64,000 nucleotides of DNA, taken from positions 4,142 through 68,141 of IMG/VR virus record IMGVR_UViG_3300049482_000116, one strand, 5' to 3'. The DNA is from a virus. Positions 42,013 to 52,385 of the stretch are shown here, one piece after another (the stretch's first letter is position 1; the number at the start of each line of letters is the position of its first letter). The notes under the pieces are model-generated. The model did not search any database, was not told where the DNA came from, and worked only from the letters and a program-made list of their open reading frames with translations. The position numbers and the translations under genes were made by a program.

Positions 42013-45000
42013 ATGGCTGATAGCAGCTTTAGAGTTAATAGGGGTATTACATTAAACCCCCAGGCGACAGCCCCAACTTCTCCAACAAATGGTGACGTCT
42101 ATTACGATTCAGTACTAGGTACGTTCGCATTCTATGATAATGGCTTTTGGATCAATCTAGCATCTCGTGGTGATGTAGCTTCCGCCTTAACGTTGACAAG
42201 TACTGATTTTCCAGCTTCTACTGTAGCCAACTCTATTATCAGAATCACTGGTGCTACGGCTGGCACCATTCATGGAGTTACTGCATCTACTGATGGCAAC
42301 ATGGTTGTTATCTACAATAACACCAACCAGCTCATCAATATAGCAAATCAAAGTGTTACTGAAGGCACAGTAATAAACCGCATTGTTACTCACACTGGTC
42401 GAGACATAACCATTCCTGCTGGAATGACCTTAAAACTTGTATATGATTCTGCTCAGTCTCGCTGGGTATTTGCTGCTCCAGCTATTGATGGACTTGATAA
42501 ACTCTTCGAAGATAGAAATATCCTACTGACACAAGGTGGTCTAATCACATATACAGGAACTACAGTTCAGTTTACTGAAGCTCTTGCTATGGAAATCAAC
42601 CAGCGCGAGACAGGCGTAGCTCCGGTAGTGATCAGTCTTGGTTCTACTACTCGTGCAATCTCTGCTACAGGCAGAATGATCTACGCTGTGATCGATCGTG
42701 TAGCTGGAACTGCTATCGTCACAGATGACGCTGCTACTCTTCCACCTGCTGTCCCTGTCAATCAAGAAGTGTTTCTAATCGCTAAGCGTGTAGATGCTGC
42801 TGATGGAACTAAGCGTCTCTATTGGCGCAATGGAATGGCTCTAAACGAAGGTCAAACTGTTCGTCTTGGTGCTTCTGGTTCAGGCGGATCTGGAAATGGA
42901 ACCGGCGACGACATCAATACTCTTCGATTTAAGGCTTCTTTTACGGATGAGTTTGCTGAAGGCTCTACTAGCTTAACCAGCGCAGTTAATTCTACTCTTA
43001 CCACTGCTGTATATAATGCAGCAGGTGCCGCTTATCGTCTTAGCTACGATGCTGCAAATACTGTAACTGGCACAGGCACAGCGATGACGCTTTCTGGAAC
43101 GCCTGCTTATACTGTAGTTGCAGGAGATATATTAGTCGTTGGTACAGAAGCACGTCGAATTGTTACAGTCACTACTCAAACTTCTTATGTAATTGAATCT
43201 GCCTTCACTGTTGATCCTACGGCTGCTGTAGCCTGTGTCTCGCAAGCTGTTCATACTAACGATGTTCGTGCACATACTGAAAATTCGACCGGCTTAGCGA
43301 TGAATACCCTTATCTCTGATCCTGTAAGCACGTTCATGCTTAGATACAGAGATAGTGCATCTCTTGGGGACTTTATCTGGGACTTTCCAGGTACTGCACT
43401 AATAGCAGTTTCTGCTTCAGCAGACAACACCAGCTGGAGCAATGTTTTTACTCGAACAACAGCTTTAGATCAAAACGAGCCAATTCGCTCTGTTCCTGTT
43501 TCTGGCTCCCAGTTCCGTGCAAGATTCTTTGCTAATGCGTCTTCTGGCTCGGGTGCGGTCAACATTCTTGATTATAAAACATATCTACACGAAGGAAGCG
43601 GAACTTCGTCTGGTACTACTATGGACCAGGCTTACTGCCTTACTTCAGGTGCAGGAGCAGAGATTAATTGTTCGGTTTCTTCAGACACCGGTAAAACACG
43701 AATCACAACCACTTGGGCCTATGCAACCAGTGTAAATCCTGGAACTCAGCAAGGCCAGATCATGGTGATGCTCGACGGCAAGGTTCTTCCTCGCTTTATC
43801 GACAATACCTTAACAGCAAGTGGATACTACAAAGAGATTTCGGCTCAGGTAATAGAACTTGATGCAGATTACTCTGGTGCTGGACTTGAAGTCGATATCA
43901 AGAAGTGGGTAAGCGCAGTTGATACAACTTCACAAAATAGTTCAAATCTTGCTTATCTTCAAGATATGTCTACCGCTGGTTTCCAGGGTTTTGTAGACGA
44001 ATCTGCTAAGGTAGCAGTACCTAATACAACTATCATCGGTAGAGCACAGATTCCAGATCTTGCTAACGATTTAAAAGCTCGTATGGGCGTTGAGCGTATT
44101 TCGGTGCAACAGGCCATTGAGCTCCAAAAAGAGTTTGGTGCCAACGGCGAAAGAGTATTTGGTGCACTAAATGATGACCGAAACCTTATTAGATTTGTTG
44201 GTAACTGGGTTAATGCTAATAATGATACAGGAGCAAGACCAAATAGCAGTGCTAACATCACAGACTATTTAGAAATAGTCTTTTATGGTACTGGTCTAAA
44301 TATCTTAAGTCCAGCAAATGTAAACAGAGACTATAGAGCATCAGTAGATGGTGGCGCAGAAGGTGGAAATCTATTTAGCACAGGGTACTCAGCTGTTTTA
44401 GTTAATAAAAATTACGCCACAAACCAAGTAATTCAAGTAGTATCTGGTCTTGCACTAGGACTGCATACTGTAAAAATTAGAAATAATAGTGTTTCATTTT
44501 TTATAGATTTATATGGTTTTGAAATCTTAAACGAGTCTGCGAACGTCAATGTTCGTCCAGGTACGGCGTATAATGGCGGTAAGAAGCTTGTAATGAGTTC
44601 TGCTTCTTCTGTAGCCTATAATACTGGTTTTGAGACTGTTACACGAGAAGGCGCAGCAGTAGCTTTTTCAAGTACAAGAGGTGCCCGTGTTCTTGAATAT
44701 CTAAAATCAGATGGTACTAAGGGTAAGTCTGCATATCTTACTAATACCACCCAAGGGAATTTAGCATCTGCTTCACATGATTATGAAGAAATTATTCGTA
44801 CTTATAACTGGAGAGAGTTTGGAGCAGCTCGCGCTGACGATTTTAGCACATTACCAGTTTCACAGAGTGATAGAGTATTTACGTTAGAAGACGGAACCAC
44901 AACGCTGACTGGAAGATCTGTGCAAACTGCACCAACAGGTCCAGATGGTCTCTATATTGGAACAAATTCTGTGGGATTTGTTACACTTACTTTCGTTGGA

Positions 45001-46332
45001 ACTGGACTAGATATGTCTTGGTATGGAGATGCTACGGGATCAAACTCCAATGCTAACTCTTTTGAAGTTTTTGTAAACGGTGTATCTGTTGGTAACTGGG
45101 ATACAGCAGCAGTAAACGGACAAGTTAAGACTAAAAAGATTGTTTCTGGTCTTCCTTATGGAACACATACAGTTAAAGTATTTAAAAATGTTCCTAACCT
45201 TTGGACACTACATCTCACTAACTTCACAGTCTATGGGCCTAAAAAACCTTCTATTCCAGCTGGAGCTGTCGAGCTTGCTGATTACAATGTGATGGCAGAT
45301 TTTGTAGCCAACACTACCTCTACGGCAGAAAATATTTCTACTGGGACTTTAAGGAAAACTCCAAACAGAGAGATGATCTATGTTGAAGGGACTGGTGGTG
45401 CCAACCCATGGACTACCAACTACGGGATCAGCAATGGTGCTATCAACTTTGTAAACTTGGTCAACGACACCTTGGGCGGGTATTTCGAATATACCTTCTT
45501 TGGAACGGGATTCGAGTATCGTCTCCCAGGTGGTGGTAGCGGTTCGGCTAACGTAACATGTATTGTAAATGGAACAGCTCTTAATGCTTCATATCCTAGT
45601 GCTAGTTCAATCAACTGCTCTGTTTACGGCGGAACGATAACTTATGGCGGTCAAGGCCCTAACTCTTCGTTCTTGTTATCGGCTGTAGCATCAAACATAA
45701 TGAATCAAGGTACGACAGGCGTTGGAAACGGTTTCCGAGTTTCTAACCTACCACTTGCAAAGTATACGGTGAGATTTACTCAATCCGCCGCGGCGGGTAA
45801 CGTCATCAGATTCAGCTCTTTCGATGTCATTACACCAATCCACGCACCTCAATCTTCTATTCCCGGAGATATTCAAAACACACTTCCAACTGGATCTTGT
45901 ACAATCTCTGATTCTAGACTTTTAAGTATAGTTAAAAGTGAGAGTCCTAAGAAGTTCAGAGGTGTAGCAGTTGCCGTTGTTGGCGGTGCAACTACAACAA
46001 GCGGTACATATATCCCTGTTCCTAATATGTCACTTGTTGTGCCTTCAAAAGGCGGATGGTTTGAGATGAACTATTCACTTAATACTAACGGTACTGCTGT
46101 AGATTTACAGCTTCACGCCTTGTTTATCAACGGAGTTAAAACAAACTACGCTGAAAAAAGATCAACTGGAGCAAGTGTGGGAGTAACTCTTACTATTCAG
46201 GGTATCGTAAGCGATAGTCAGTTAATATATTTATCACCTGGAACTCATAAGGTAGAACTGTATTGGCTTGCGGCAGCTGGAACAGCAAGATATGCAGGCG
46301 ATGGTGTTAACTTAACTGTAAAAGAACTTTAA
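42013..46332 (+). CDS. tail fibre/receptor-binding protein (paralog A)
   Basis: GAGGAG SD; repeated FYGTGL/FVGTGLD/FFGTG beta modules shared with 46784 and 49121. Confidence 0.7.
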   Translation: MADSSFRVNRGITLNPQATAPTSPTNGDVYYDSVLGTFAFYDNGFWINLASRGDVASALTLTSTDFPASTVANSIIRITGATAGTIHGVTASTDGNMVVIYNNTNQLINIANQSVTEGTVINRIVTHTGRDITIPAGMTLKLVYDSAQSRWVFAAPAIDGLDKLFEDRNILLTQGGLITYTGTTVQFTEALAMEINQRETGVAPVVISLGSTTRAISATGRMIYAVIDRVAGTAIVTDDAATLPPAVPVNQEVFLIAKRVDAADGTKRLYWRNGMALNEGQTVRLGASGSGGSGNGTGDDINTLRFKASFTDEFAEGSTSLTSAVNSTLTTAVYNAAGAAYRLSYDAANTVTGTGTAMTLSGTPAYTVVAGDILVVGTEARRIVTVTTQTSYVIESAFTVDPTAAVACVSQAVHTNDVRAHTENSTGLAMNTLISDPVSTFMLRYRDSASLGDFIWDFPGTALIAVSASADNTSWSNVFTRTTALDQNEPIRSVPVSGSQFRARFFANASSGSGAVNILDYKTYLHEGSGTSSGTTMDQAYCLTSGAGAEINCSVSSDTGKTRITTTWAYATSVNPGTQQGQIMVMLDGKVLPRFIDNTLTASGYYKEISAQVIELDADYSGAGLEVDIKKWVSAVDTTSQNSSNLAYLQDMSTAGFQGFVDESAKVAVPNTTIIGRAQIPDLANDLKARMGVERISVQQAIELQKEFGANGERVFGALNDDRNLIRFVGNWVNANNDTGARPNSSANITDYLEIVFYGTGLNILSPANVNRDYRASVDGGAEGGNLFSTGYSAVLVNKNYATNQVIQVVSGLALGLHTVKIRNNSVSFFIDLYGFEILNESANVNVRPGTAYNGGKKLVMSSASSVAYNTGFETVTREGAAVAFSSTRGARVLEYLKSDGTKGKSAYLTNTTQGNLASASHDYEEIIRTYNWREFGAARADDFSTLPVSQSDRVFTLEDGTTTLTGRSVQTAPTGPDGLYIGTNSVGFVTLTFVGTGLDMSWYGDATGSNSNANSFEVFVNGVSVGNWDTAAVNGQVKTKKIVSGLPYGTHTVKVFKNVPNLWTLHLTNFTVYGPKKPSIPAGAVELADYNVMADFVANTTSTAENISTGTLRKTPNREMIYVEGTGGANPWTTNYGISNGAINFVNLVNDTLGGYFEYTFFGTGFEYRLPGGGSGSANVTCIVNGTALNASYPSASSINCSVYGGTITYGGQGPNSSFLLSAVASNIMNQGTTGVGNGFRVSNLPLAKYTVRFTQSAAAGNVIRFSSFDVITPIHAPQSSIPGDIQNTLPTGSCTISDSRLLSIVKSESPKKFRGVAVAVVGGATTTSGTYIPVPNMSLVVPSKGGWFEMNYSLNTNGTAVDLQLHALFINGVKTNYAEKRSTGASVGVTLTIQGIVSDSQLIYLSPGTHKVELYWLAAAGTARYAGDGVNLTVKEL
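45904..45969 (+). repeat. 66-bp direct repeat, copy 1 (copy 2 at 51341-51406, one mismatch)
   Basis: atctctgattctagacttttaagt(a/c)tagttaaaagtgagagtcctaagaagttcagaggtgtagca. Confidence 0.9.
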
Positions 46333-46362
46333 TTTAGAGATAAGTAAGGGAGAGAGATAACA

Positions 46363-46749
46363 ATGGCAAAATATATGATTGAACTACAATGGAAAGAGCA
46401 TTCAGTAGATCTAGAAGCTTTAGAAATCTGGATGAAGGCAAATGCTGGAGCAAGTTACGATGGTAACTCAGCTGATAGTAAGCTCACATTATATTTCTTA
46501 GAAGAACCTTCACAAGACATCAAAGATGCTATCATAGCAGAGTGGGAAGCAATGGATGATGCTGGACATGAAAAATGTGTAAGTCATAGATCACTAGCAC
46601 AGCGTTCAGAAGCTGCCCAAGTAAGAGCGGCAGCAATCAAGGCTAAGAAAATGGGCATGTTACAAAAAACATGGGCCAATATGGATGGAATTGAGCGAAA
46701 AATCTATCTTGGACTTGAGTCTGAGATTCTAGACGAGGATTTAGAATAA
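46363..46749 (+). CDS. hypothetical protein, possibly fibre assembly chaperone
   Basis: GGAG SD; small acidic ORF between fibre genes. Confidence 0.55.
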   Translation: MAKYMIELQWKEHSVDLEALEIWMKANAGASYDGNSADSKLTLYFLEEPSQDIKDAIIAEWEAMDDAGHEKCVSHRSLAQRSEAAQVRAAAIKAKKMGMLQKTWANMDGIERKIYLGLESEILDEDLE

Positions 46750-46783
46750 TTTTGGATTTAATCGGACAATATAGGAAACGACT

Positions 46784-49090
46784 ATGAGTTTACAACTTAC
46801 CCAGCATCTGATCGGTGACTCCAACGTTTCGTACGTTGCTGCTCCACTTATTAATGTGCCTAATACAACTATAGTGAATCGTGCTAAGATCCGTGATCTT
46901 TCTCAAGACATGGCACCGTGCATGGGAATTCAGCGGATCTCTGCACAGCAGATTTTAGAGATTCAAAGCGAATTTGGACCAAACGGCGAACGCGTTTTTA
47001 GCGTCTTAAACGATGATCTTGGTCTGATTCGATTTGTTGGCGGTTGGAATCGACTTGTAGATCAGTATGGACCATATTCTCAAGCCTCTACCACTAACGA
47101 TTATGTTGAGATAACATTCTACGGAACTGGACTAAATGCTAATATGTTCCTGATCTCAGCAAACGATGCAAGAATCACAGTCGATGGCGGAACTGAGGGT
47201 GCAAACATACTTAATGCGACTTATTCAACTGTATTAGGACAAAGACAGTATTCAGCTAATCAAGTTCAGTCTATAGTTTCTGGACTATCAGTAGGAATTC
47301 ATACAGTTAAGATTAGAAGCGCAAACGCCGTTGGATTAGCAATTTACGGTTTTGAAATCTTAAATGAGTCTTCGACAGTTCGCATTAATTCAGGTAGGTT
47401 GATCAAAGATCAACGCCAAGTATCCTTAGAAACTGCTCAATCTTTAGCATATAAACCTTCAGTGCTTACTGGTACAAAAGGTGGTCGCGTTGTTACTTAT
47501 AACCAGGGTGGAGTTCTTGCACAGGCTGTTCAGGCCGTAGGAATATCTTCTTTATTCTTAACGTCGGCCGATCACTCTGCTGAAGAGCTCGCTAGGGTTC
47601 ACAACTGGAGAGAGTTTGGAATTGGACGCGCAGATGATTTTAGCACAATCGCAGTTGCTAACGCAGGACAAAGGGCATTTACGCTTGACGATGGTGTTAC
47701 TTCTCTTGCTGGAGCTAACCTTTATTCTTCTACTCAATATGGAGTAAACTGCTTAGACTACTTCGATGCGGCCACTGATTGGTTCGTATATCTTACGTTT
47801 GTTGGCACAGGCTTAGATATTGCTTTAGCTAACTTTACGGCAGCTACTTCTCGTGTAACAAACGTTACTGTAGACGGTGTCTCTGTGGGTTCTATTCCGT
47901 TCGTAGCTAACAGCGGTATCAAAAACTATAAAATAGCATCTGGTCTTCCTTATGGAACACACGTTGTAAGACTTTCTAGTCCAGGTCTTGGTGGCAATCA
48001 GACTCCACATAAATTTATCTCTTTTTCTGTTTACCAACCTAAGAAACCAGCAGTTCCAGTGGGCGCAATAGAGCTTGCGGATTATAACGTGATGGCAGAT
48101 TTTGCTCCAGCATCGACTTCTACCTCATCTTCTCAAATAGATCTAGGCTTGATTGGAACTGGAACACTTAGAAAGATGCTTTGGAGAGAAGCGGTGTACG
48201 TAGGTGCATGGGGAATAAATGTAGGTGTTTCGGCAGCCGCGAATATAGGCGGATTTGAAGTGGGCGGAACCTTATTAGCCAGCAATTTCATGGAGTACAC
48301 GTTCTTTGGAACTGGGTTTGAAATTCGCTTCGAAGCCACATCAGGCTCTGTTGGCCACACTATTACTCTTAATGGTAGCAACATGACCCTAGCTAATTTT
48401 CCTAATCTTGTTACTTCACAGTATGGAATGACCACTACGGTGCCGTTTAATACTTCTACAGGCGTATTTAATACCCAAGGCACTACAGCCGGGAATTCAG
48501 CTGGTTTTAGTGCAAAAGGTCTTCCACTTGGAAAATATACAGTACGATTTACTAATATTTCTGGTGGCGTTGTTTGGTTTGAGACCCTTGATATCATCAC
48601 TCCGATTCATTCTTCAAAATCTAATCTCCAAGCAGATCTTCAAAACTCTCTTCCAGTTGGATCTTGCTCTCTTTCAGATTCTAGACAGCTGATACCAACT
48701 AACTTAAACTCAGCTAAAGCTTGCGCGCAGGCCTCAGGTACTGAGAGTAATCCGACAACAACTTCAAACAACTATGTCCCAATGCCTCAGATGTCTTTAG
48801 CCTTAAAGACAAATGGAGGCAAAGTGCTAGTTAATTTTGTTCATTGGGGTGCTGTTAATACTATTGGTGCTCTTATATATTTACAGTGCTATATCGATGG
48901 TGTTCCTGCAGGACCTGAAGTAGCCTTTCACACTGCATATAACGCAAACTATACACAAACACAGTCTTTGAGTTTTATAGCCTTTTTATCTGCCGGAGCA
49001 CATAAAATAGATGTATACTGGAAAACTACTGGTGGTGTAACTGCATCGTCATCTAATACAGGGCGAAATTTATTAGCTATAGAGCTGTAG
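46784..49090 (+). CDS. tail fibre/receptor-binding protein (paralog B)
   Basis: Aligns with the C-terminal part of paralog A (VPNTTI.NRA.I.DL, WREFG..RADDFS). Confidence 0.7.
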   Translation: MSLQLTQHLIGDSNVSYVAAPLINVPNTTIVNRAKIRDLSQDMAPCMGIQRISAQQILEIQSEFGPNGERVFSVLNDDLGLIRFVGGWNRLVDQYGPYSQASTTNDYVEITFYGTGLNANMFLISANDARITVDGGTEGANILNATYSTVLGQRQYSANQVQSIVSGLSVGIHTVKIRSANAVGLAIYGFEILNESSTVRINSGRLIKDQRQVSLETAQSLAYKPSVLTGTKGGRVVTYNQGGVLAQAVQAVGISSLFLTSADHSAEELARVHNWREFGIGRADDFSTIAVANAGQRAFTLDDGVTSLAGANLYSSTQYGVNCLDYFDAATDWFVYLTFVGTGLDIALANFTAATSRVTNVTVDGVSVGSIPFVANSGIKNYKIASGLPYGTHVVRLSSPGLGGNQTPHKFISFSVYQPKKPAVPVGAIELADYNVMADFAPASTSTSSSQIDLGLIGTGTLRKMLWREAVYVGAWGINVGVSAAANIGGFEVGGTLLASNFMEYTFFGTGFEIRFEATSGSVGHTITLNGSNMTLANFPNLVTSQYGMTTTVPFNTSTGVFNTQGTTAGNSAGFSAKGLPLGKYTVRFTNISGGVVWFETLDIITPIHSSKSNLQADLQNSLPVGSCSLSDSRQLIPTNLNSAKACAQASGTESNPTTTSNNYVPMPQMSLALKTNGGKVLVNFVHWGAVNTIGALIYLQCYIDGVPAGPEVAFHTAYNANYTQTQSLSFIAFLSAGAHKIDVYWKTTGGVTASSSNTGRNLLAIEL

Positions 49091-49120
49091 ACATAAATAA
49101 GAGTTATAATAGGAACAAAT

Positions 49121-51769
49121 ATGGGCGCAACTATTAATATCAATGCAAAGAGTAACGTAAAGCAAAACACAGATGCAGATCTGATATCAAGTCAGCTTCA
49201 GCAACCTGTTATCGCTCGCTATGAAGCCACATCTACTGCATCTCAAACGGTTATAAACCTGCCTTTCCTAGTAAATCAATCAAATACTGATGCATTTGAT
49301 CTATTCATTGATGGTGCACTAACTAGACTTGGCTCATTAAACGACTTTATCTTTACGTCTATTGATGGAACTAATTCATCTTCGCAAATCACTCTTAATA
49401 CACCTATCGCCGCTAATTTAAACATCATAGCAATCAAGCGTGGGCTTAAAAAAGAAACTGAGTTTGCAACTGATTCTCGTTTTATTGATAATTATGATCT
49501 GATGACTGCTGGTTTCCAGGGTTTTGTAGACGAATCTACTAAAATCTCTGTTCCTAATACGACTATAGTAAATAGAGCTCAGATTTCAGATCTTGCTAAC
49601 GATGCACGCGTCAGTATGGGTATCGATCGCATACAGATTCAAGGCATATATGAACTTCAAAACGAGTTTGGTGCAACCGGTGAGAAGGTTTACGGTACAC
49701 TAAGCGATGACAGAGGACTAATTCGGTTTGTAGGTAGGTGGAGTGCGCCAGAACTAGTTACCTATGGCAGACCTATTGAAACTCCAGCAAACAGTACATT
49801 CTCTTATGTAGAAATAACTTTTTATGGAACCGGACTCAACATGCTGAGCGTATACAACTCATTGCTAGATGCACGTGCATCAGTGGATGGTGGTGCAGAA
49901 GGTGGAAATCTATTTGTAAGTGCCTACTCTAATGCTATTGGAACTCGTGGATATAACCAAAACATGGTGATACCTGTTGTATCAGGCTTAACCCTAGGAA
50001 TACATACGGTAAAAATTCGTCAAGCATCAGCATCTGTTGCATTAGATATTGCTGGCTTTGATGTAATCAGTGGAACTACAATTAAGGTTAATCCAGGTAC
50101 AGGTTATGCAGAAGGTCAGAAGATTGTTTCTGCGGGAACGACCTTATCGCATACTACTCCTGTAACAGGAATTCGTGGTGGTAGAGTTTTAACTTATGTC
50201 AACTTAAACGGTACAGTGGGACAAGCATTTCAAGCTGTTGATGGAGCACAAGCTAATTACTTACTAGCAGATCATACCAATGAAGAAGTAATTAGAACAT
50301 ATCATCCAAGAGAGTTTGGTGCTGGTCGCTCTGATGATTGGTCTACTGCTACTGGAGCTGCAGCAGCGCGTAAGTTTACACTTGAAGATGGAACAACAAG
50401 TCTTCACTCTAATGCTGGTTTGATCAACGATCGTTTTGCTCTAGGTTTCGAAGTTCTTAGTGCATCTGCTGCTTCAGATCAAATCAGTCTTACATTCGTT
50501 GGTACCGGTCTCGATGTCATGGCATGCGGTGGTGGCGGTGCTACAACGATCACAGTTGAAGTTGATGGTATTTCGATCGGGACATTAGCAGCAGTGGATA
50601 TTCCTAGTCTTGAACTTAAGAAGATTAAGATTGTCTCTGGTCTTGCTTATGGAACCCATACTGTTAAGATTCAGTTTGCAGTAAGTGCATTAGGTATCAC
50701 AAAGTTTATAACTTACGGTCCTAAAAAACCTGCAATTCCAGCAGGGACAATGGAACTTTCTAATCACTATGTTATGGCTACTTATGCTGTAAACACTACA
50801 GCTAATATTTATGCACTTTCTGCCGGCGTTCTTCGAAAGAGTGGACTTCGTGAATTTAATTATGTCAACGGAGGTGCTAATAATTGGTCAGTAGCAGATG
50901 ACAACAATAATCCGCAGGGACTTGTCATTGGATCAAATCAGCTTCAAACTAACTGTTACGTTGAAACTTCTTTCTTCGGAACAGGGTGCGAGATCTACAT
51001 ATTGTTACAGAACGCTATCGCGTTTGGCACTACAACAGTATCTGTTAATGGTTTGAGCAACTTTACCGGCATAGGTACACTGTATACCGGGGCTGTTACT
51101 GGAATGACATTTACCGCTGCTACTGGATCTTTATCTGGTACGCCTGTAGGAAACGGATACGGTAAAATCGTAATTAACGGTTTATCCCTAGGTCTTCATC
51201 GTGTTCGTTTTACTACTACTACGGGAGCAAACCCTTCGGAGAAATACTTTAGCGGTATTGATGTTATCACACCAGTGCATTCTCCTCAATCTGATTCAAA
51301 AACAGAAAACCAAAATACACTTCCAGTTGGATCACAAGGCATCTCTGATTCTAGACTTTTAAGTCTAGTTAAAAGTGAGAGTCCTAAGAAGTTCAGAGGT
51401 GTAGCAACAGATTTAGGGTCAAACTCTTCGACATCGTCAGCATCACTGATCCCAATGCTCGATATGTCTATAACTGTCCCAAGTCCTGGAACGTGGTTCG
51501 AACTTGGGTTTCAGGGTAACTTTCAACCTATCGGTGCGTTTAACGATCAGGCGATCACACAGTTCTATATTAATGGTATAGCAGTTGGAAAGCAAGGTTA
51601 TACTAGACCAGCAAGCTCTACAGCAGCATTTGTTATGTGTACTCAAACTCACTTAGTATACCTATCAAAAGGTACCCACAAGATAGATATGTATTGGGGA
51701 GTAGCTGGAACCACCGTTCTAGTTTCTGGCGGCAATATTGGTAGACAGTTGACTGTAAAGGAACTTTAA
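49121..51769 (+). CDS. tail fibre/receptor-binding protein (paralog C)
   Basis: Same modules as A and B; TATAAT at 49105. Confidence 0.7.
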   Translation: MGATININAKSNVKQNTDADLISSQLQQPVIARYEATSTASQTVINLPFLVNQSNTDAFDLFIDGALTRLGSLNDFIFTSIDGTNSSSQITLNTPIAANLNIIAIKRGLKKETEFATDSRFIDNYDLMTAGFQGFVDESTKISVPNTTIVNRAQISDLANDARVSMGIDRIQIQGIYELQNEFGATGEKVYGTLSDDRGLIRFVGRWSAPELVTYGRPIETPANSTFSYVEITFYGTGLNMLSVYNSLLDARASVDGGAEGGNLFVSAYSNAIGTRGYNQNMVIPVVSGLTLGIHTVKIRQASASVALDIAGFDVISGTTIKVNPGTGYAEGQKIVSAGTTLSHTTPVTGIRGGRVLTYVNLNGTVGQAFQAVDGAQANYLLADHTNEEVIRTYHPREFGAGRSDDWSTATGAAAARKFTLEDGTTSLHSNAGLINDRFALGFEVLSASAASDQISLTFVGTGLDVMACGGGGATTITVEVDGISIGTLAAVDIPSLELKKIKIVSGLAYGTHTVKIQFAVSALGITKFITYGPKKPAIPAGTMELSNHYVMATYAVNTTANIYALSAGVLRKSGLREFNYVNGGANNWSVADDNNNPQGLVIGSNQLQTNCYVETSFFGTGCEIYILLQNAIAFGTTTVSVNGLSNFTGIGTLYTGAVTGMTFTAATGSLSGTPVGNGYGKIVINGLSLGLHRVRFTTTTGANPSEKYFSGIDVITPVHSPQSDSKTENQNTLPVGSQGISDSRLLSLVKSESPKKFRGVATDLGSNSSTSSASLIPMLDMSITVPSPGTWFELGFQGNFQPIGAFNDQAITQFYINGIAVGKQGYTRPASSTAAFVMCTQTHLVYLSKGTHKIDMYWGVAGTTVLVSGGNIGRQLTVKEL
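51341..51406 (+). repeat. 66-bp direct repeat, copy 2
   Basis: Matches 45904-45969 at 65 of 66 positions. Confidence 0.9.
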
Positions 51770-51770
51770 T

Positions 51771-52385
51771 ATGGCAATTACATCAATTTTTAAAACACCT
51801 ACAATCGCAAAAATATCCTCTGGATCAGGGACTTACATAACGCCGATCGGTTGCAAATATATAGAAATAGAAGCAATCGGAGGCGGGGGTGGAGGCGGTG
51901 CATACAACGCAAGCGCTTCTTCTGGCGGCAACACTACTTTTGGCACATTAACTTGTTTTGGTGGAGCTGGCGGAGCTGGTGGTGGCGCAACTGCTAATGC
52001 TGGAGGCAACGGTGGATCAGTTACAGCGACCGGCTTTACAGGTATATCTACTACAGGAGGCAAAGGAGCATCGGGAGGCGAACCAAGTTTATTTGCTGCA
52101 GGTGGAATGGGTGCGTCAAGTCCATTAGGTGGTGGCGGTGGAAATGGTGGCGGAAATTCCGGCGGTAATAGTGCAATTGCTAATACTGGTGCAGGTGGAG
52201 GCGGAGGCGGTGCTCGAAATACTGGTGCTGTTGGCTCTGGTGGTGGTGGAGCTGGAGGATACTTTAAAGGCGGTGTCGCAAATCCACTAGCAACTTATGC
52301 TTTTTCGATCGGTGCAGGTGGAGCTCCAGGCGGCGAAGGTGGTGCTGGTGGTTCCGGTGTGATCATCGTTAGAGAATTCTATTAA
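51771..52385 (+). CDS. glycine-rich tail fibre tip/adhesin-like protein
   Basis: SGTY.TP.G...IEAIGGGGGG...GAGGSGVIIVREFY glycine-rich phage domain pattern. Confidence 0.7.
   Translation: MAITSIFKTPTIAKISSGSGTYITPIGCKYIEIEAIGGGGGGGAYNASASSGGNTTFGTLTCFGGAGGAGGGATANAGGNGGSVTATGFTGISTTGGKGASGGEPSLFAAGGMGASSPLGGGGGNGGGNSGGNSAIANTGAGGGGGGARNTGAVGSGGGGAGGYFKGGVANPLATYAFSIGAGGAPGGEGGAGGSGVIIVREFY

Noticed and set aside
33895-51769. Diversity-generating retroelement or invertible shufflon acting on the fibre genes
   Set aside because: No reverse transcriptase or recombinase in the window, no template repeat differing only at adenines, and the repeats are direct and coding
13369-52063. Many 60-170 aa antisense and alternate-frame ORFs inside structural genes
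   Set aside because: Shadow ORFs expected from codon bias of the real genes; no recognisable motifs
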